This document shows, one piece after another, positions 40,099-42,966 of a DNA stretch of 42,966 bases. Origin of the DNA: Deltaproteobacteria bacterium TL4 (GTDB lineage Bacteria > SAR324 > NAC60-12); NCBI GenBank assembly GCA_051382335.1, contig JBBCAX010000110.1, positions 1 to 42,966 on the forward strand, in the 5' to 3' direction. Position 1 is the first letter of the stretch. Each line of letters begins with the position of its first letter. The notes below the pieces were generated by a model. That model worked only from the letters and a program-made list of their open reading frames with translations. It had not been told where the DNA came from and made no database searches. The position numbers were made by a program, and so were the translations under genes.

Positions 40099-40142
40099 TT
40101 CAAGTTTACCAGAACCTGTCCTGAAGTTTACTTTTTGGTAAG
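40099..40142 (-). promoter_or_regulatory. Cop-box/CusR-like response regulator site upstream of the cytochrome gene
   Basis: Minus strand CTTACCAAAAAGTAA (TTAC-N6-GTAA palindrome), continuing as 11-bp-phased GTAAACTTCAG / GACAGGTTCTG / GTAAACTTGAA. Confidence 0.5.
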
Positions 40143-40312
40143 GTCGACTGCTGTTGCTATTTGTCACAGATTTTGCGGATGCCCGTAGAATGATTTCTTT
40201 TTTTGATTGTGGATTAAAACCGACTGATAGTAATCAGTCAAGACTTAGCCACTACCAGATTAAGCGGAGGTTGAGAATTGGTAGTAATCGATTAGAAGTT
40301 GAAGGATCGTCT

Positions 40313-41722
40313 TTAGCTTTCATATTTCCGTGGAAGAAAGATGGTGAAAGTACTTCCCAGAGGAGAACTTTTGACAGTGATATTCCCATTATGGGCACGC
40401 ATGATCGCACGGGCCAAACTCAAGCCAAGCCCCGTTCCAATGGAGGCACGGCTGACATCTCCCCGGTAAAAGCGGTCGAAGATGTGAGGCAAATCGGTTT
40501 CATTAATGCCTTCACCATTATCAGAGATTATCATTCTGACACCAAAGGAATCCTCATCAACCGCCAGGGAGATTTTGCCTTGAGGGGTAGTGTACTTGAT
40601 GGCATTATCCAATAGATTCGCTACCACACGCTGGAGTTTTGACCGATCACTCCTCACTATCACCTCATGGGGCGGCAGACACAGATGAATGACAATCCGC
40701 TTATCCTCAGCTAGGGGAGTGAATAAATCAACAGCATCCTCAACTATGTTGCAGAGATCTAAAAGTTCCAGATCCAGTTTAGTAACTCCCGCGTCCGTTC
40801 CTGTGATCTCCAACATGGTATTGACCATGGCGATCAAATGATCACAGCCTTCAATCACCGAGACCGCCATCTCCCGGTATTCGTTCAGATCATTGCTGTT
40901 TTTCAGAGTAGTCTCTGCCATCCCGCGGATATGGGTGATAGGAGTTCGTAATTCATGAGCGACATTATCGGTGATTTGTTCCAATTCGTTCAACAGCATC
41001 GCGATCCGATCCAGCATTCCATTGAACGCTTGCACCAGATTGTTGATTTCCCTGCCTTCGTTTGTCATGGGGACTCTTTGATTCAGTTCACGCATCCCAA
41101 TGCGAGCCGCTGTTTCCGTAACCCGTTGTACCCCAGACATCGCTTTTTTAGCCAGATACCATCCGATAATCCCACCAAATCCCAGCATTATGATCATGCC
41201 AAAAACAAAGGTCCGTTGATATTTTTTCAACATAATCCCTTCATCCTTAAGGGAACGACCGATAGTAAGAATATAACCTGTGGCGATTGGCCCCGAAAGG
41301 AGTCTGATTTTATGTTCCCGTTTGGGAAGTGAAATCGTTTGAATAAACAGTTGATCCCGTCTGGTAGGGCTCATGTTGGCCAGGATGGATTCTATCCCAT
41401 TCCATTGACTCAACTCCGTGGCAGCGAGTAATTCATCCTGGATCGACAACAATTGATAGAAAACATTCTCAATCCCCATAGATTCTGATTCGCGTGTAAA
41501 CTCAGCTTGGATCGCCGCCAGACCATGTTCTTCATAGAGTCGATTGAATTCCGAGACCTTATGGAACATTTCAGCGTCAATATGATCATAAAAGTTTGCG
41601 GAAAGAGCAAGATACGTAGCCCCAAACACAGAGATGGATAAGAGGGAAAACACACCTAGGTGCCAGAGGGTAAGACGAAAGGTCAAGGTTTTAAAAAAAT
41701 TAATCCCTTTGTTCGAGTACAT
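40313..41722 (-). CDS. CusS/CzcS-like membrane sensor histidine kinase (2 TM, HAMP, HisKA, HATPase_c)
   Basis: TLTFRLTLW N-terminus, periplasmic loop, HAMP (EINNLVQAFNGMLDR), H-box NVAHELRTP, NLLDNAIKYT, DNGEGI, FDRFYRGD, GTGLGL. The ATG at 41722 overlaps the regulator's 3' end. Confidence 0.9.
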   Translation of the reverse strand: MYSNKGINFFKTLTFRLTLWHLGVFSLLSISVFGATYLALSANFYDHIDAEMFHKVSEFNRLYEEHGLAAIQAEFTRESESMGIENVFYQLLSIQDELLAATELSQWNGIESILANMSPTRRDQLFIQTISLPKREHKIRLLSGPIATGYILTIGRSLKDEGIMLKKYQRTFVFGMIIMLGFGGIIGWYLAKKAMSGVQRVTETAARIGMRELNQRVPMTNEGREINNLVQAFNGMLDRIAMLLNELEQITDNVAHELRTPITHIRGMAETTLKNSNDLNEYREMAVSVIEGCDHLIAMVNTMLEITGTDAGVTKLDLELLDLCNIVEDAVDLFTPLAEDKRIVIHLCLPPHEVIVRSDRSKLQRVVANLLDNAIKYTTPQGKISLAVDEDSFGVRMIISDNGEGINETDLPHIFDRFYRGDVSRASIGTGLGLSLARAIMRAHNGNITVKSSPLGSTFTIFLPRKYES

Positions 41723-42377
41723 AGCCGATCCCCCGTATGGTATGGATGAGATTGGAGGCAAAAGGACGGTCGACTTTATCCCGCAGGCGGGAGATTCTTG
41801 TTTCAACCACACTGGTTTGAGGGTCAAAGTTATAATCCCAAACATGCTCTACGATCATGGTTTTTGAAACCACCCGCCCTATATTACGCATGAGGTATTC
41901 CAGTAAAGCTAATTCCTTGGGTTGTAATTGGATCTCAATCCCTCCTCTGAATACCTTGCGCCGTACCAGATCAATGTTCAAATCACTGATGGAAAGCATA
42001 GTGGGTTCACCTGATTGCGTAGACCGCCGAATCAACGCGTGAATCCGGGCAACCAATTCCGAAAACGCGAAGGGTTTCACCAGATAGTCATCCCCCCCAC
42101 TTTGCAAGCCTTTGACCCGGTCATCTACTGAATTTTTGGCGCTCAAGACAATCACCGGCGTGTTTATTCCCTTACTGCGCATTTCCTCAATCACCATCAA
42201 ACCATTCAATTTAGGAAGCATGATATCAGCCACAACCGTATCATAAGATATGGTCAATGCTAAGTGTAGTCCTTCTTCCCCGTCTGAGGCGCAATCGACA
42301 GCAAAGCCTTCTTCTTTCAATCCTTTTAAGATGAATGACGAGGTTTGAGCATTATCCTCAATCAAAAGAATTCTCAT
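41700..42377 (-). CDS. OmpR-family response regulator, CusR/CzcR-like
   Basis: MRILLIED..., ADIMLPKLNG, GGDDYLVKPFAFSEL, wHTH LQPKELALLEYLMRN...VWDYNFDPQTSVVE...IHTIRGIGY. ATG at 42377 after GGAG. Confidence 0.93.
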   Translation of the reverse strand: MRILLIEDNAQTSSFILKGLKEEGFAVDCASDGEEGLHLALTISYDTVVADIMLPKLNGLMVIEEMRSKGINTPVIVLSAKNSVDDRVKGLQSGGDDYLVKPFAFSELVARIHALIRRSTQSGEPTMLSISDLNIDLVRRKVFRGGIEIQLQPKELALLEYLMRNIGRVVSKTMIVEHVWDYNFDPQTSVVETRISRLRDKVDRPFASNLIHTIRGIGYVLEQRD

Positions 42378-42422
42378 TCGTTCTCCGTTGGGGTTGATAG
42401 CAAAGCAAAGTGTTATGCCAAC

Positions 42423-42452
42423 TGGATTCCTGTTCTTCGCCAGGAATGACAA
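42423..42452. repeat. Degenerate single arm of the ATTCC...GGAATGAC palindromic repeat
   Basis: TGGATTCCTGTTCTTCGCCAGGAATGACAA resembles 14419-14446. Confidence 0.5.
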
Positions 42453-42756
42453 AATTGGTTCTCATAACTCATGGATTTGGGCTTGGTCGTAAGTTCGGCC
42501 AGTCGGTCTAAAAATCAATAGAAATTGCAACTCAATCAGGAGTAGGTTATTAACAGTTTTTCCATAACTTGTTAATTCTACAACCCCGATTGAGCCACGC
42601 AATCAAACTCTAATCCATTAGAAAAATCAACATCAAAACGATTGGTGGTGTCCCAGATTGACTTCCTGCTATAGAAATAATATGGGGTTGGTCACATTTT
42701 CGGCCATGTGTCAAAAATTTGATCTTTGATGTTCCACCTGATTTGTGTTTTATCCC

Positions 42757-42803
42757 GTAGGGGTAGACCTATGTGTCTGCCCAGGATCAGGGCGAACACA
42801 CAG
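42757..42803 (+). repeat. GTAG-family REP doublet with a truncated second arm
   Basis: GTAGGGGTAGACCTATGTGTCTGCCC, then GGGCGAACACACAG. The expected ...GTTCGCCCCTAC end is absent. Confidence 0.65.
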
Positions 42804-42856
42804 TGATTATGGCAAGGGAAAAGTGCACCCCTGTGGCAGCCGAAAAACGCACCCCC
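42804..42856 (+). mobile_element. IS21-family-like terminal sequence; the element probably extends beyond the window
   Basis: Starts with TG and contains two 21-bp internal repeats 24 bp apart: GGCAAGGGAAAAGTGCACCCC (42811-42831) and GGCAGCCGAAAAACGCACCCC (42835-42855). This is typical IS21 end architecture. Confidence 0.6.
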
Positions 42857-42966
42857 TCCGTTAGAAAAAATTCTTGATTCATTGGAACGAATTCAAGATA
42901 TTGGGACATCTCCCCACAGAGTCTGATTTCTCAAAAATTGTTTATGTTTTTCCGAACTCAAGAGTT

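Larger units (their letters stand above)
37371..42666. mobile_element. 5.3-kb segment bounded by perfect 21-bp inverted repeats (candidate non-autonomous transposon or composite remnant)
   Basis: GGAAGTCAATCTGGGACACCA at 37371-37391 and its exact reverse complement TGGTGTCCCAGATTGACTTCC at 42646-42666. No transposase inside and no clear target duplication. Confidence 0.55.

Noticed and set aside
40154..40615. 153-aa plus-strand ORF
   Set aside because: Mostly antisense to the kinase HATPase domain; a typical shadow ORF.
41723..41845. N-terminal extensions in the ORF track for the kinase (to 41845), regulator (to 42452) and cytochrome (to 39962)
   Set aside because: Downstream ATGs (41722, 42377, 39920) give family-typical N-termini, and the last two have clear RBSs.
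42644..42913. A 270-bp IS1-like MITE from GGTGGTGTCCCA to TGGGACATCTCC
   Set aside because: The IR is only 10/12, there is no target duplication, and it conflicts with the IS21-like end inside. Possible but unsupported.

Overview
Bacterial chromosomal window, AT-rich (roughly 40-45% GC by eye). The gene set and protein style suggest a deltaproteobacterial or SAR324-like organism (inference). Most of it is housekeeping and envelope genes: ppiD-like PPIase, a stand-alone DsbD N-domain, cysC, recC, an acyltransferase, a lipoate ligase-family enzyme, a hybrid histidine kinase, a chalcone-isomerase-like protein, greA, leuB, a STAS-PilZ fusion, msbA, cysS, parA, rppH, an HtrA protease, a beta-barrel OMP, recJ, a ROK kinase, a CPBP protease, mqnE and dnaE, plus several unknown ORFs. 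The left edge falls inside a DUF6399-type putative transposase. The right edge carries an IS21-like terminus that interrupts a GTAG REP. The most notable structure is a 5.3-kb segment just after dnaE (37371-42666), bounded by a perfect 21-bp inverted repeat. It encodes a CusR/CusS-like two-component pair and an 8-heme lipoprotein cytochrome c with a cop-box-like site upstream, and it has no transposase. Also notable: a ~65-aa non-intein insertion and a degenerate PHP metal site in DnaE, and two MITE-like elements between greA and leuB. No rRNA, tRNA or CRISPR array was seen.
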